Of a stretch of DNA of 64,000 nt, positions 48,367 through 62,531 are shown piece after piece. Position 1 is the first letter of the stretch. The number at the start of each line of letters is the position of its first letter. The DNA is from Eledone cirrhosa (taxonomy: Eukaryota): positions 81,096,001-81,160,000 of the forward strand of contig OZ024744.1 in the NCBI GenBank assembly GCA_964016885.1. The letters run 5' to 3'. The notes below the pieces were generated by a model, which saw only the letters and a program-made list of their open reading frames with translations, was not told the origin of the DNA and ran no database searches. The translations under genes were made by a program, and so were the position numbers.

Positions 48367-50151
48367 TATATATATTGTTACATTTGTAATGTGAAAGTTA
48401 TCTCAATTGAAGTTACTTTTGTAGATTGATCTGCAATAAAATAGTTTTCCATCTTCTTACCTTTTTCCTTTATTTCTTCTTAAAAAAACATTCTTTTATC
48501 ATCTTACACTTGTTACTTGTGAATAATTTACACAACTTGAAAACTGATTATTTCTGAAAGGAAACTGGGTTTCTTCTTTTTCCCCCACTTTTTTTTTTTT
48601 TCATTTTTCAGTCAATATTTTCAATCTGTGAAAATAGAAATAAGTTGTCCATCTTTAAGTACTTACATAGATCAACCCTTTTAAAACCCAAATACATGAA
48701 AACACCTCTGGTTTTAAGCTACCAAACTGTTTGTTTAACCCTTTAGCATTTACATTACTCTATATATACTATGATATTTTCATGGTAAAGGCTTTATCTT
48801 AGATAATTATCTCACATAATATTGAATCTATGAGATTTTGATGTTATTTATTTTGAGAACAACACCTTAATATTGGTATAAGTGGACAGTTATGGCCAGT
48901 TTAAACAGAAAGAGGTAAGAGAATTCTGGCCGGATACAGCCGGTTTAAATGCAAAAGAGTTAAATAGTTTATCTGAAAACCTTCCATCATAAATGACTGA
49001 TAAATAAATAAAAAAAACGGTACAATGCTGTAGAAATATATATAAAGGATAGAGGATGACAAATGAAACAAAACAAATTTAAATTTAATTCCAAAGAGAA
49101 GAAACCAGAACATTTTTCTCTGAGAGTTCCTTATACTCTGAAGAAGGAAATGTTATATCCTGAGATATTACAACAAAAGAAACAACAGCAACAACAAAAA
49201 CAAAAAAAAATACCAGGTAACTTACTTTTTTAGCCTTACATAACTTTCCACATAATAAAGTCATTTTTTACCCAGTTTATTTGAACATTTGAAAAGAGAG
49301 TATTAACCCTGAAATATCATGTTGAAATATACTGGATAAGACATTACTTTGTTTTGTTTTATCTGTCACCTTTACCTTTTTTTATATATATTTCTAACAC
49401 ATTCTACCGGCTTTTTAAAACTTATCAGTCATTTATTACATATTCACAATGCTTCATATTAACTATACTACCCCTTCCATCATAATTTTATGTAGCAACT
49501 GTTGTTGCTTGATAAATCTTTCTAATGTTGGGACATGGTCAGAAATTTTGGGCGAAGGGGTAAGTTGATTAAATTAATCCCAGTATTTAACTGGTACTTT
49601 ATTTTATCAAACCCCAGAAGGATAAAAGACATAGTTGACTTTGACAATATTTGAACTCAGAACATAGTGAGTCATATATAAATACAGCTAAGTATTTTGT
49701 CTGATGCTCTGTTGATACTGCCAATCCATTTCTAAGCTCTGTTGTTCAGTGGTTCAACTAAGTGTAGAAAGCTGTATTTTGACTTGAGCCTCTTTGTCAT
49801 TGGTTGACAGTGGCCAACAATTTGTGAGGTGAGGAAAGTTGATTATACTGAAAACACATAGGCTTTTTTTTTTTTTAAATTAGAAATATGGTAATGGAGG
49901 GTAAAAATTACCAAAAGTATTGTTTGATGAACAGCTAAACTTTTCTTTTTCTTTTACTGTTTAAATAAGGAAAGAAGAGGCCCCCAAGACTGATTGATGG
50001 TGGGAAAGTGTCCTCAAACCTTGCAACAGAGAAGACTCTGCTAAAGGCACTCAAGGCCAAGGTGGTGGTGTTAAACTGGGCAAAGGATAAGTAACCGCAT
50101 TTGTCCCTATTGTCCATGGATTCCTGTGTGAGGAAGTAGTACAAGGTACTC

Positions 50152-50710
50152 GCTTCTTCTTAGGCCTCCTTTGGTCAAGGCTGGCCATGGGTAGTATCCT
50201 GTTGTCAGCTCGACTGGAGCAGCGTCTCTGGTGGCTAAACACACCTACACATGAGTTACAGTCTCTGTCACATAGATCACATCTGTATATGGTCTCTGGT
50301 CTGTTGGATTTATTGCACTCCTTTTGCCGGGCTCTCCTGTCTGCTGCTGCAGTCATCAAACTCTCCTCCCCTGATCTGAGGTGTTGATTCAAGGTATTTC
50401 GCCCTCTTGGACAGTCAGCTGTGGAGCACTTCCAGGACTCTGTGTTGACCTCGGCCTTCATATCTCTCTTTACAATGTCCTTGTATCGCAGCCGAGGTCG
50501 ACTGGTGGCTCTCTTTCCAGAGGCCAGCTCCCCATAGAAGATGTCTTTTGGGATGCAGCCATCATTTATGTGGTGGACGTGTCCTAGCCAGCATAGTCTG
50601 TGCTGTCAGAACAAGGTAAACATGCTGGGAAGGCCAGCACAAATAAGGACCTTGGCGTTGGGCACTCTGTCCTGCCAGGATATACCCAGGTTACAATGTA
50701 GGCTTCTCTA
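50152..50710 (-). mobile_element. RTE/BovB-like LINE 3' fragment
   Basis: Minus-strand WLGHVH...PKDIFYGELASG and C-terminal YRCDLCDRDC...SHQRRC; (aag)n tail. Confidence 0.8.
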
Positions 50711-50764
50711 TAAGCTTTACATTGACGACTTCCTTTCACCATTTCAATCAAGTTCCTCACTCAT

Positions 50765-51530
50765 CCATGGATACAAAACACATCAGTATAGTATACTGGC
50801 GTTACTGGGTATTTCAGAGGGTCTTAAAACATACACTCTCATCGAGGTGACCCAATTACAGGACACATCATCAGTGTTGTATCCTGGTGTCCTGGGTGTT
50901 TCATATTTTATGATATTCACACACTGTTCCAGGTGTCCTGACTACAAGACACATCAATAATTAAAATCTTATACCATAAACCCTCGCCCAGGAGACATGA
51001 CTATAGGACACGTCATCACTGTTATATCTAGGAGTTACTGAGTATTTTAGAGGGTCTAACAACAAACACCCTTATACAACTACAGGAAAAGTAATCTGTG
51101 CTATATCCTGGGACCCAACTACAGGAAAAGTAATCTGTGCTATATCCTGGAGTCACTGAGTATTTTGGTGGGTATCATACTGTATTTTGTCATCCAGGTG
51201 ACATCCAGGACACATCATCAGTGTATCAAGGAGTCATTGAATCTATAAGGTTTTATGATATACATACCATCATCCAGGTAACTTGACAACATAGGCAAAA
51301 CCTTGGACATCATTAATTAAAATCTTATGACATATATCTTAATCCAGGTGACCTAACTGCAGGACACATCATCTGTGTTGTGTCTCAGAGATACTGGGTG
51401 TTTTAGAGGGTCTCACAACATACACCCTTACCCATGTGACCCAACTACAGGACACATCATCTGTGTTGTATCCTGGGCTCATTGAATGTTTAATTTACAA
51501 CATATACTTTCATCCAGCTGACCCAACCAA
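50765..51530. repeat. Degenerate tandem repeat of about 55-85 bp units with higher-order structure
   Basis: Recurring caggtgacccaactacaggacacatcat...gtatcctgg core, roughly 11 times. Confidence 0.7.
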
Positions 51531-51559
51531 GTTTGATCAAGCCTCAATTTATGTTCAAG

Positions 51560-52040
51560 TGATACACTACTGACAACAGTCACATCTCTTCAGTCATATC
51601 CAACTAGATCTTCTCCCTGCCAACAGCATGCAGAGCTCTGGTGATGCCTGGAGCAAATCTTGATTGTATGCCCCAAAGAGACTCAAATATAAGGCCTAAT
51701 ATACTGAGAAATATTATAAGAAAAGAAAATATTTTGAATATATAAACACAGATGAAACATGAAATAAATGGTTTATTCAATTTTAATATAAATCAAATTT
51801 ATTAGGTTCTTTTCCCCAAATGATGCCCTCCATCCAAAGGATGCCTGGGGCCAATGCACTGTGCCCTCCCCCCTCTGCACGCTACCGCTCTCTGCTGCTT
51901 TCTCATTTTTCCTAGTAGATATTATTCTGCTTACTTTTGTAATACCCAGTGTCTGTAGGGCTTTGATAAGGGAAAGAACTGTAAACCCCCAGCTGCCATC
52001 CAATGTTGATATTATAATTACTTCCCCTCGCAGTTCACCA
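51560..52040 (-). mobile_element. Decayed R2-group (Hero-like) LINE 3' fragments
   Basis: Minus-strand GFTVLSLIKALQTLGI...KAAESGS and RSSWI*LKR resemble the restriction-like endonuclease C-terminus. Confidence 0.45.
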
Positions 52041-52620
52041 TGTCAAGTATAATTATGTATTTTAAATTAGAAACACAGCTTTACAAAATATAACAATACG
52101 TAACACCAAACAAATCACTCTATCACACACTCAAACAAGTAAATTCCTTGTCCATATATTTGTGCCTTTAATCCATTTGTTACGATGTCTCTAATGAAAG
52201 ATACTGCTAATGGCTGTCATCTAATTTTGAAATTAAATCATGATCTCACCTGGGGATCCAGCAGGATCAGTTGGAGATGGTTGCTTCTGACAGGACCTGC
52301 TGGAAGGAGTGTTTGAGAACTCTTCCCCCATGACCCTCTCAAGAAGAAGTGGGCGAAGAAGAAGAAGGAGGAGATCAAAATATTTAAGGGATTTTGTATG
52401 ATACATTTTTCATGATTAAGCTGGTATTTGAAACAACTTAACAACAAAAATTTCTTACATTAGATTATGATGGAATGTTTAAATTTATATATAAACACTT
52501 CAAAACAAATGATTTTGTAATTAGAAATGTTGAAATCCAAACACAGATTCTCTACAATGATAATAGTGTTAAAAATTAGGGGTAAAATATCCTTAGAGAT
52601 AGAAAATATGTGTTCAGCAG

Positions 52621-52741
52621 CAGGGCCACCAAGGGAAATTTTTCAAGGCGTTACAAGATGTTACATGATTGCTGTGGGGGCCTTCTTAGCTCTTGGGCTC
52701 CAGAACAAAGTACCGGCTGGACTACCCTCTCATAGGCCCTG
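52621..52741. mobile_element. Small hAT-type MITE
   Basis: CAGGGCC...GGCCCTG termini; 8-bp flanks ttcagcag / ctcagcag. Confidence 0.7.
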
Positions 52742-52977
52742 CTCAGCAGCCACTACAAAGAATCAAACTCTATATCTCTTAAATTCTGGCCAAAGTTTGT
52801 TAACCTTTATATCAAATGACAGCTGACAACAGTTTCTGTCCAAATTAGGAACTTTATACAATAGTTTTAGTGGCTAGAGCAGAAAGTAAATAAATCTTAT
52901 GATTTATTGATGTGTTTGGATGATTTGAAATTAAAATTGTTGGAATCCATAGACAGACTTATTACAATGATAATAGA

Positions 52978-55370
52978 GTTGGCTCACCTTACTGAGGTGT
53001 CAAGTAATATCCGTGAGGGTACCTGGTTGTTTCAGCACCTTCACCTTGCCATTGCCCATGATTATGTTGTGAGCATATTGACTTGCCTCAAAGTGTTCCA
53101 TTGATCCTTCTGATGTGTGGCCGATCGGCTCACTCTACTAAGGTGTCAGGTGATGCCAGTGAGGGTGCTTGGTTGTTTCAGCACCTTAGCCTCGCCATCA
53201 CCTGTGGTAATGTTGCAAGTGCATTGGTTTGCGTCAAAATATTCCGTTGATCCTTGTGATGTGTGGCTGATTGTTGCACTTGGTGGTGAATTGATGGTCG
53301 CTTTTGTTTTTGTTTTTGCTTCCCCACTTTCTTTTTTCTTTCTCTTGCTCTGGTCATATATTTTGATGTTGGTTTTGTGAAGTTCCTAGCAATGGTTATT
53401 GCATTTGTTATATGTGTTTATATTTGTGTTTATCAACATTATATTTGTAATGTTATTCTGAAAGAAATGTGAGCAATTTGTAATGTTATTTATAATGTAT
53501 ATATATATATATATTATTTAATAAAAATTCAATTCTGTTAGAAAGTTGGATAAAATATATATTTCCTGTCTCTAAGGGTATTTTACCTGATTTTTTAAAA
53601 ACTATTATCATTGTAGCAAATCTGTGTTTGGGTTTCAACATTTTTGATTTCAAATTTTCCAAACACCCTGATAGTAGGTAATTTTATTTATGGAATATAT
53701 GATGTAAATACAGTTTAATAGAAAAAGAAAAAAAGAAAATTTAGATTGAGAAGAATGGAATGTAAAATTGGGAAATATAAAGAAAAAAAACCGGAAAAGT
53801 GAGGTAATGGCAAGGACTCTAGTGTCGCAGAAGAATGGGCTCTGGGCCTAGGGTGCGGTTGTAAAGGGACTGTGCCCTGTGGACAAGACTGCAAAAGCAT
53901 TCCTGCAGACAATGGTCAGCGATACCTGCTGCAAAGCCACCCTACCTCGTGGGGCTCCTTCTTCAGAAAGGCCGCCGATGTTCCGAAATTGTGAAATGAT
54001 TTTGTATCTTAGAACCAAGAACAGTTTCAGGTGAGTTAACATCAAAAGGATTAACATAATCTTCAGATAAACTTAGTTTTAAGAAGTTGATCCTTTGAAT
54101 AAAAGGTACAGTCCATGCCACAGACTTTCCCAGTTTCCATCAACTTAATTCCTTTCACAAAGCTATAATAGAAGACACTTATTCAAGATGCTATGAAATA
54201 CAATAACTTTCCATATATTCTAGTCTTACACACTGTGTTTTGAATGTATGTTATATTAACCTTGACATTGCATTATGTATTAAGGAGAGATTATTCTACT
54301 GTTGCAATTTGTCACCAACAGCATGCTGAAGGTTAAAGTTAACAGCCTAAACACAGATTTTGACTATGAAAAATAATCTAACAAGTTTGGCATATCAGCC
54401 TCTGGAGATGGAAAAAAAGTGGACAGATATTAAAAAATATCTTATATTTAATGGATTTCAGATTGAACTATTAAGAAAAAAATTAGTGAGTTCAAATCCC
54501 ACAGGTGATGCTATCCACTCTTTTCCATTTCCAGAGTCTTATAAGTTCACCTTGTTAAACTATTTTTCATAGTAAAAAACTTGAGTTGAAGCTGTTCTTG
54601 TCATCGCTGGCGGCTCACCTTACTGAGGTGTCAGGTGATGGTTGTGAGGGTGCCTGGTTGTTTCAGCGCCTTTGTCTTGCCATCACCCATGTGTGGTCGA
54701 TTGTCGCACTTGGTGAATTAATGGTCATTTTCGTTTTTGTTTCCCTTTTTTGTTTCTCTTGCTCAGGTAATTTTTTGGTGCGCTGTATTTGTGAGGTTCT
54801 TAGCAATAGTTAATTGTCCTTGTTATATGTGTTATATGCGTTTATATTTTAATTCTAAACGAATTGGGAGCAATTTGCAATGTTATTTATGTATATATTT
54901 AAAACTATCTATTGGATAACTACATTTTCCAGCCAGTGGCATTTGAGACCTTTGAGGGAGTCGGGCTACAAACTGCAAGGTTCTTATGTTCACTGGCAGC
55001 TCCCCTAACAGAGGTAATTGGTGATGTTTGTGAGGGCGCTTGGTTGTTCCAATGCATCAGCCTCACCATCACCCAAAGTAATGCTGCAAGCATGCTAGCT
55101 TGCCTCAAAAATGATTAGAGAGGTTTCCCAGTGCTCCTCATGATAACATTGTCTTTTGCTCTGGTAGTGGTTCATTTGTCCAACCCTTTCACCTGCCTTT
55201 TGTTGTATGTAGTCCTAGATGTGTGTATTACCTGCTTGTGTGTTTTTCTTTTTCTTTTCCAAAAACTGTTGCTCCAAAAACCTCGATCTCTTTCCTTTTC
55301 TTTCTTTCTTTTTTTTTTCTCTTTCTATTTGTAATATTTTCTTGACAGCTACACCTTAATAAAAAAAATA
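52978..55370. mobile_element. Cluster of five CRE-like non-LTR 3' fragments (four plus, one minus)
   Basis: ORF 54912..55118 reads FQPVAFETF...EGAWLFQCISL...SNAASML. Homologous pieces at 52978-53105, 53120-53245, 54590-54690 and (minus) 53870-53980. Confidence 0.7.
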
Positions 55371-56120
55371 TTTTTTTAACATACATTCTAAAATTCACAA
55401 CCTGCTCAATGGTTCTAGAACTACGATTGTTTACTTACGAACTGTATTTCATGAGGTTGAAATTTGATTTAAAAAATATCTTATATTTGATGGATTTCAG
55501 ATGGAACTATTAAGAAAAAATTGGTGGGTAATTTCAGGTAAATATTTATTAATCCTCTTGCCAAAAACAACCCTGGGTACCTTTTTGAATTCCATGTGTC
55601 TAACATCTATGGACATTCTTACAGAGTCAGAAAACAGCACAGCTCCCATGACTTTCGGAAACAATTTTTAATGCTCAGATTTGCTGAAGCATGGAACAAA
55701 CTACCTGCGTCGTTCAAAACTTTCATGCTTCCCGAAATTCACAATCACTACACCTGATATTCCCCCCCCTCTATACACACACATGCATGTCTGTGTGTGT
55801 ATCTGTGTTGGTGTGCATATCATGATTCATACACTGTTCACTTTCCTGACATTTGTACATTATTCTATGTACAATATACAATAATTTTCATTATTATTAT
55901 TATTATTATTTCATAGAAACCCTTTTGTTACCATATTTCTTTCCAATGAAATACACTGCCTATGATTTTCAGTTTATTTTGAAAATAGTAAAGAATTATG
56001 AGAAATTTAATAAAATAACTAACCTTTTTTTATTAGTTAGCCAATGTTTAGAACATTATTCAACAAAAGTACTTGTATAAAATTATGCTGGAAGGGTTTT
56101 AGATAAACATGAATAGTTTA

Positions 56121-56315
56121 TGAGAGTTGGCTGAAAAGTTCATAGGCTGTCTCTGAAGGAGTGATGTTAGAGCTATGAAATTTTGCATGCATTAATTTCA
56201 ACTCTTCTTATTAATAACTGCATTGTTTCTTTCCAAGGATATGTTGAAAAATAAACCTCATTTGATAATTCCATGAGAGTTTCTTGGTCATCCTATGAAC
56301 ATTTCAGCCAACCCT
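56121..56315. mobile_element. Mariner-type MITE nested in a piggyBac-type MITE (family D, about 55919-56397)
   Basis: TIRs gagagttggctgaaaagttcatagg / cctatgaacatttcagccaaccct; related fragment at 28770-28945. Confidence 0.6.
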
Positions 56316-57889
56316 AAGAAAAAAAATAATATAAAATACCGTAGTATCATAGAACAAGGGAGAGCCGGTTTCAAGCAGTTTGGTATCAAAAGGGTTAAAA
56401 CATGCTGAATGGCAGAAAACAAACCTGAAAAACATGCAACTAAGCAGCAGCGAAAATCATTTTAAATAATATCTTTTAACTCTATATTTACTACTATATT
56501 TTCACAGTAAAAGCTTTACCTCATATAATGTTTAAGCTTTGAGATTTTGATAATAATACTTTAACACTGGTATGAGTGGCTGGTTATGGCTGGTTTGAAC
56601 AGAAAGAGGTGAGAAAATTCTGGCAGGATACAGATGGTTTAAATGTGTTAATTTACAAGATAGAGCAAAAGTAGCTTGACTATAACAATAAACAAGCTAC
56701 CAGCAGAGAGGAACATATCAGTAAACTGGAAAACCAGATTAGAGGAGCAGTGATTTACAGTGAAAATATCCTACCATACATAAAATATTGAATAAAACAA
56801 TAGCAAAAAAGAAAAAAAAAAAAGGAAACAATTAACCCTTTAGCATTTACATTACTCTATGTTTACTATTGTATTTTTGTGGAAAACACTTTATCTTACA
56901 TAATTATCTCACATAATATCGAATTTAGGAGATTTTGATATTATTTATTTTAATCCCGCCGAGGTTAACTTTGCCTTTCATCCTTCCGGGATTGATAGAA
57001 TAAAGTACCAGTAATGCGTTGGGTAATTGCTGGCCTTGTGCCAAAAGTAGAAACAATTATTTATTTTGAGAACAGTACCTTACATAAGTTTGAGCAGCCA
57101 GTTATGGCCAGTTTAAACAGAAAGAGGTGAGAGAATTCTGGCCAGATACAGCTGGTTTTAATGCTAAAGGGTTAAAAATGGTCGTTTCGGAAGCCTCTAC
57201 AATGCAGATGGGTAAATCTCAGGGTAACAAAATTAGGCGACAGTAGGAAGGAAGGGAAAAGTAGAAAGAAATATTTTTAAAATCATGTTTTAAGAGAGCA
57301 AACTATCAGCAGGCTGACCAGAAACAGAAACATAAAAAAAAAAAGTTTGGAAAACATCAATGTTCTGCAATAAAAGCTTTAATCATCTTCAAAGTCTGAA
57401 AATTCACCACAACCATCATCATCACCATCACCATCATCATCACCACCATCACCATCACCACGATCACAACCATCACCACCACCACCACCACCACCATCTA
57501 TCACTAATACTGGTGTAAATGTTTTCAAATAAGGCATTATCTTCAGTGCCAATAATAACATTAATAATTCCATACTTCAGAATAATTTCAGCCTTTAATT
57601 TTTTTTAATTTTTCCAAGGTTTTTTTTCCCAGCTACTCACACACATTTTGAATGATGGGGCATTTTACACCATTTTCAGTACCATCAGGGTCAAAACTAA
57701 TTCCACATTTCACAATAATTTCAGTCCTTACATTTTCCCCCCAAGATATTTTTCACCTGTGGAATAATGATAGGGAATTTCATTCTTCCTGTTGGTGTTA
57801 GGCTGTGGCCTAAATCTATCTCCCATCCATTTCTTACAGTGGTCTTGCATGCCATTTTTAAATGACTTGTATATATACACATATACGCA

Positions 57890-58160
57890 TCCAAAACCTC
57901 ACTTTGCTTCTCTGTTGTTCTGCAGCTCCCCAGAATCTTACTTTGTTGCTCTATTGCTCCCAAAACTTCACCCTGCAGCTTTGTTGCTTCAGAAACCCTC
58001 TCTGTTGCTACCAAAACCTCACTTTGTTGCCCCAAAACCCACACTTTGTTGCTCTCTTACCTCCAAACCTCACTTTGTTGCTCTCTTGCCCCCCAAACTC
58101 ACTCTGCTGCCCCCAAAACCTCACTTACTGCTCCGTTGCTAAAAAAAAACAACTCACTTA
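57890..58160. repeat. Degenerate tandem repeat of about 32 bp (roughly 8 copies)
   Basis: Recurring ccaaaacctcactttgttgctct. Confidence 0.8.
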
Positions 58161-58689
58161 ATTACTCTGTTATAATGTTATTTAGTGTATTTTACCACTT
58201 TTAGTTAGAATTCAAACAGTATAGCTTGCATGCTTTGTTCTTGGAGCTATCTTAAGGGTAAAATCTTCCACTGCTAACAGCATTGCATTACAGTATTATG
58301 AAGTTAAGCTGAGTAGAAATATGGGTATTATTTGGTCAGTTAAAATCTAAAATCTATTAAATAGTTGACTGTTAAACTGAGTATTTCCTATATATGTTAA
58401 AAGTGAAATGGTCAAATTGTTATGAAATCAGACTGCCAGCTAAATCGTGAGCATTGCTGCCAAAATTGGTAGATTCATACAAATTTGATATTATTTGCCC
58501 TTTATTTTATTTTTCTGTACATTTGGTACAATGTCCAGATCTTTTGGTACCTTTTAGAGATTGTACTTGCTTAGCGAATTTGACTTAATTGATAATCTAA
58601 AATCTCCATTTAATGATTTACCATTTATCAGATATGACAACTTTTATGTTGAGAAGCTATCCATTAAATGTATTTGCCCTTTATATCAA

Positions 58690-59480
58690 TAACTTGAGGT
58701 CACTCTGGACAAATCCCTTATATACAAAGACTAAAGCCAAGGTCAAATCAAGAAACAACATCCTAAAGAAGCTGGCTAACACCAAATGTTAGTGCCCATG
58801 CTGCTACAATCCACACCATAGCCCTTGCCCTTTGCTACCCCACAGTAGAATATGCATCATTAATGTGGAGCAGATTATGCAAAGAAACTTGACCCAGCCC
58901 TAAATGCCTCTTGCAGATCATTCACTGGGTGTCTCAAGCCAACCAAAGTGGATGACGTCTACTTGCTTAGTGGCATTGCACCCCCCCCCCCCATCAGAAG
59001 GACAGTCCACTCCCAACTTGAGAAGTTGAAGCATGAAACCGACCATCGTCATCCACTCTGCAGTTGTGAACCAATGACAAAGAGGCTCAAGTCAAGAAAC
59101 AGCTTTCTACACTCAGTCGAAGCACTGAATAATAGAGCTTCTAGTCAGTGCCTGTCTCAGTGGTGTAGCAACCATAACAATGTGGAACCCTCAGCCCTAC
59201 AGTATCCTTCCTCCCTGGCTCTAATGATACCTGGACCTTCTGGTCCTGCCTGAATTGCTTCCAAACAACTGTTGGTTACTGTTGAGCCAACCTTCAGAAA
59301 TGAGGATATGCCACCGATGATGATTCCAACTCCCAATGTGGGCAATTACAAATTATGGAGCACCTTCTAGTTTGCCCAATCTTGAAGATTCATGCACACT
59401 TAACGACTTTCAAACTTTAACACCCTAGGCAAGGCTCTGTGCGCAACACTGAATGGGTGTGGTGTAGCGACTCGATAAAA
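58690..59480 (+). mobile_element. Ingi/Vingi-like (I-group) LINE 3' fragment
   Basis: SRNNILKKLA...ALALCY..EYA...TGCLKPTKVDDVYLLSGIAPPPPIRR...RLKSRNSF. Confidence 0.65.
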
Positions 59481-59899
59481 AGAAAATCAATAACTCTTGT
59501 GTGGATTATTTCAAATCGGTAGCCAACCATCTTCTGTATTATCCTGGTAGCCAATAATAACACTATTTGCTCACAATCGATTAGAGGACGTTTTGCTTCA
59601 ATAAATTCCAGACATTATGCAAGGATATTTAAATATAGATAGATTAAGATGAATTCTTAGAAGTCAACCATGTCAGTTCAGTTGTGTCATGGCTTGAGGT
59701 GTGCTTTGGTGGTGTCATTTTTCAATATCTAAATTGTTTTGCTGTTTTGAAAACATGTTGAATCCACTATGAGTGGAAAAAAAGTGAATATAGAATATCA
59801 TTCTGATAGTGACGAAAATGACATCCATCAGAAGAAAAAACTGAAATCCTTTTCTATCAAATAGAATTTCCGTCAAAATTATTAAACGATGAGAAATTT

Positions 59900-60790
59900 T
59901 CATCATGGTTGGAATTGAGTAAAAAGAACACAAGTAAAGGCTACTCTAAATTGTGCAATTGTGAGATAGCTGGTAGTTTAATCAAATAGTAAAGCAGAAG
60001 GAACATCAAAATATCTAAAGAATGCAAAAGTAGCAAAACAAACAGTGAAGGTGACAGAGTTTATAAAGCCTGCTCAATGTTCTGCTCACTTAATGAAAGC
60101 AGCATCAGCTGAACTGAAACTATGCAGATTTATTTCTGAGCACAACCTACCTATTGCTATTTTGGATCATTTACCTGGTCTTATTGCCAACATATGGTCT
60201 GATTAAAAAACCACCAAAGACATCAAGAACTAAAAGAACTTGCATTTTTTAAAATGTGATCAGTCCCCATGCTTTCAATGATTTATTGTCTGAGTTAAAT
60301 TCAGCAAAGTTCTCCCGTTATTGTAGATGAAACTTGATCTAGTAGCTTTAGACCTGATCAATGTTAATGAAATTAAACCAAAATCGATCATTTCATTGAC
60401 AATGAAATTTTCTAGCCTTGTGCATGAAAACCAATGTCAACAAATAAATAGAGAAAGGAGGGAATTGACTCTGTAAGATGCATCTCTTAATGCACAAAAT
60501 GAGCCTGAGAAATACTGGTTTCTTGTTTCTCAAGAAAAATGTGGTGGCATATATCGCTACCCGTTACTATCTAAGTTCATGATACAACTTCTTTCATTGT
60601 TACATTCTTCAGCAGCTGCAAAAAGAGTTTTTTTCCTTCTCAATAACATAAAAACAAAAAATTGCAATACTCTAAAAACATCAACATTAAATGTCCTGCT
60701 AAGATCAAAGTCTCTGCTGCAAAATGTTGACTGCACTAAGTGGCAACTGCAACTTTGTCTCAAACTAGAAGAAAGAAACTGATATAAGAA
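59900..60790 (+). pseudogene. Decayed, internally deleted hAT transposase
   Basis: AELKLCRFISEHNLPIAILDHL, IVDET, and the hAT dimerisation-like segment LLSLLHSSAAAKRVFFLLNNIKTKNCNTL. Confidence 0.7.
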
Positions 60791-61804
60791 GAAAAATATG
60801 GAAGAAGACATTTCCTTTTAATTAAAATACATAAAGTAAATGTAAAGCCTTTTCTTTTTTAAACATTTGTGGGGCTTCATCATCACCGTTTAACATCTAT
60901 TTTTTCGTGCTAGCATGGGTTAGACAAGTTGTCACGTGGTGAGACAAGTCACATCAGATGACCACTCATACAGAACTGTTTCTGGCTTTGATTTTACGAC
61001 TAGGTGCCCTTTCTAATGCCAACAACATTACTGGGTGCTTTTTATTGTGAAGCCAACATGACCACTTAACAGTGTGTATTGGGGGCTGAGATAGGGGAAG
61101 TGTGTGTAGGGTGGGGATTAGAGAGGTAAGTCTATGGTGGGGGGCACTTAAGGTGGAGTGTTAGGATGTGGATGAAGGGTGGAATGTTAGGACGTGGGAG
61201 GTGTATGGAAGGGGGTAATTGGATTTGGTATGTTTTTGTATATTTTGGTACTTTTTAAACAAAGTTTCCTAGGTTGCCTCTCTTGATTTTTTAAAAACCA
61301 GAATTAGTCATTTAGTTTACATATTGAGACCACAACCCATCCTATTTATTTTATAACGTATGGGATTTCTTGTAATGTTCTTTTTTTGTCATGTATAATG
61401 TCTAAAGAAAATTAATTATCACAGGAATGCTACCACTTGAAATAAAATTTTGCCAGACAGATTAGCAAAATTTAATAAGTGGGTGTAGGGGGTGGAGGCA
61501 ATTATTCAAGACCTGAGAGTAGTGATTTTTTTTTTTTCCAAAAATTGTAAGATGAACAGATTGGTTAAAAATGTATTAATTCAGTTTTGAATTCTTTTAC
61601 TATTCAAATATAGTTGTTTTATCCAGTTGACTATTTGTGTAACATTGAATTTTTTGTTTTTGTTGTTGTTATTTATTTTTGCGTTAAAAATACATTTCTT
61701 GTTCTTGCACCATTTAACTTGAATTCACTAGTGGAAGGGATGGTACAGATGATTCATATGCATGTGAGTGGGTAATGATGATCATATATAGAAATGAAGA
61801 AATT

Positions 61805-62410
61805 TGTTATGGTCAAACATGACATGAATGTCATGTTTGAGACAAGCTGTCAAGTTTCTGAATCCAGGCCAAATCTCAGTCACTATGCAGGGTGAGTCAT
61901 AAGTAACCGGGTAGTCAATGTATGTATTTTTATTAACAGATAACTTTTTGAACATCTGCTTACTTATGTGTGATCAGCCATGGTTATATTTTTTTTTACT
62001 AGTTTTGTTTGATGTATTTATAATTTCATACTCTAGGACCAGAATTTTAGTAAATATCATTTGAAATATAAATGTTGCACTGTATGGTTACTTATAACTC
62101 ACCCTGTATTTGACCAACCTCTGTTAGCTTTGGCAAGGTGTGTACTGCAGAAATGGTCAGCCACTTGTGATGAGAAAGTCTATATTGTTATGTTAGATGG
62201 TCTGCATGCAGAAATGGCTGGCTCGCTGGAATATACTCGGTAATGTTTTGGACAGTTCTGGCAAGATGATGACTGGACAGTGGTTGTCATCTTGGATGGT
62301 TCTGGCTGGACAGTGGCTAGATAGTGACTGTCACAGATGCAGATGTAGCATCCTCTGGTGTGATTGATTTCTATTTAAAAGCAGCAATATAACTTGAACC
62401 AGGTATACCC
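61805..62410 (+). pseudogene. Decayed Academ-like DNA transposase fragment
   Basis: MVKH...LNPGQISV-[MITE]-FDQPLLALA...KW...VMLDGLHAEMA...GSGW...VASSG..D.YLKA; superfamily assigned from motif recollection only. Confidence 0.5.
61888..62106. mobile_element. Tc1/mariner-type MITE inserted in the transposase remnant
   Basis: TIRs cagggtgagtcataagtaacc / ggttacttataactcaccctg; TG/TA flanks. Confidence 0.8.
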
Positions 62411-62531
62411 AGAAGAACATTTTCATACTCAGTGATGGTTTGTTCTGGGGAAACACCATTCAGAAGAAAGGAGCTTTTTTCCATGTATTGATACCTAATC
62501 ATTGACTATGAAATCCTAATTCTCATCTGTG

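Noticed and set aside
57379-57573. Gly/Asp-rich minus-strand ORF as an exon
   Set aside because: It is explained by a (CAT/CAC)n microsatellite, with no recognisable domain or convincing splice sites.
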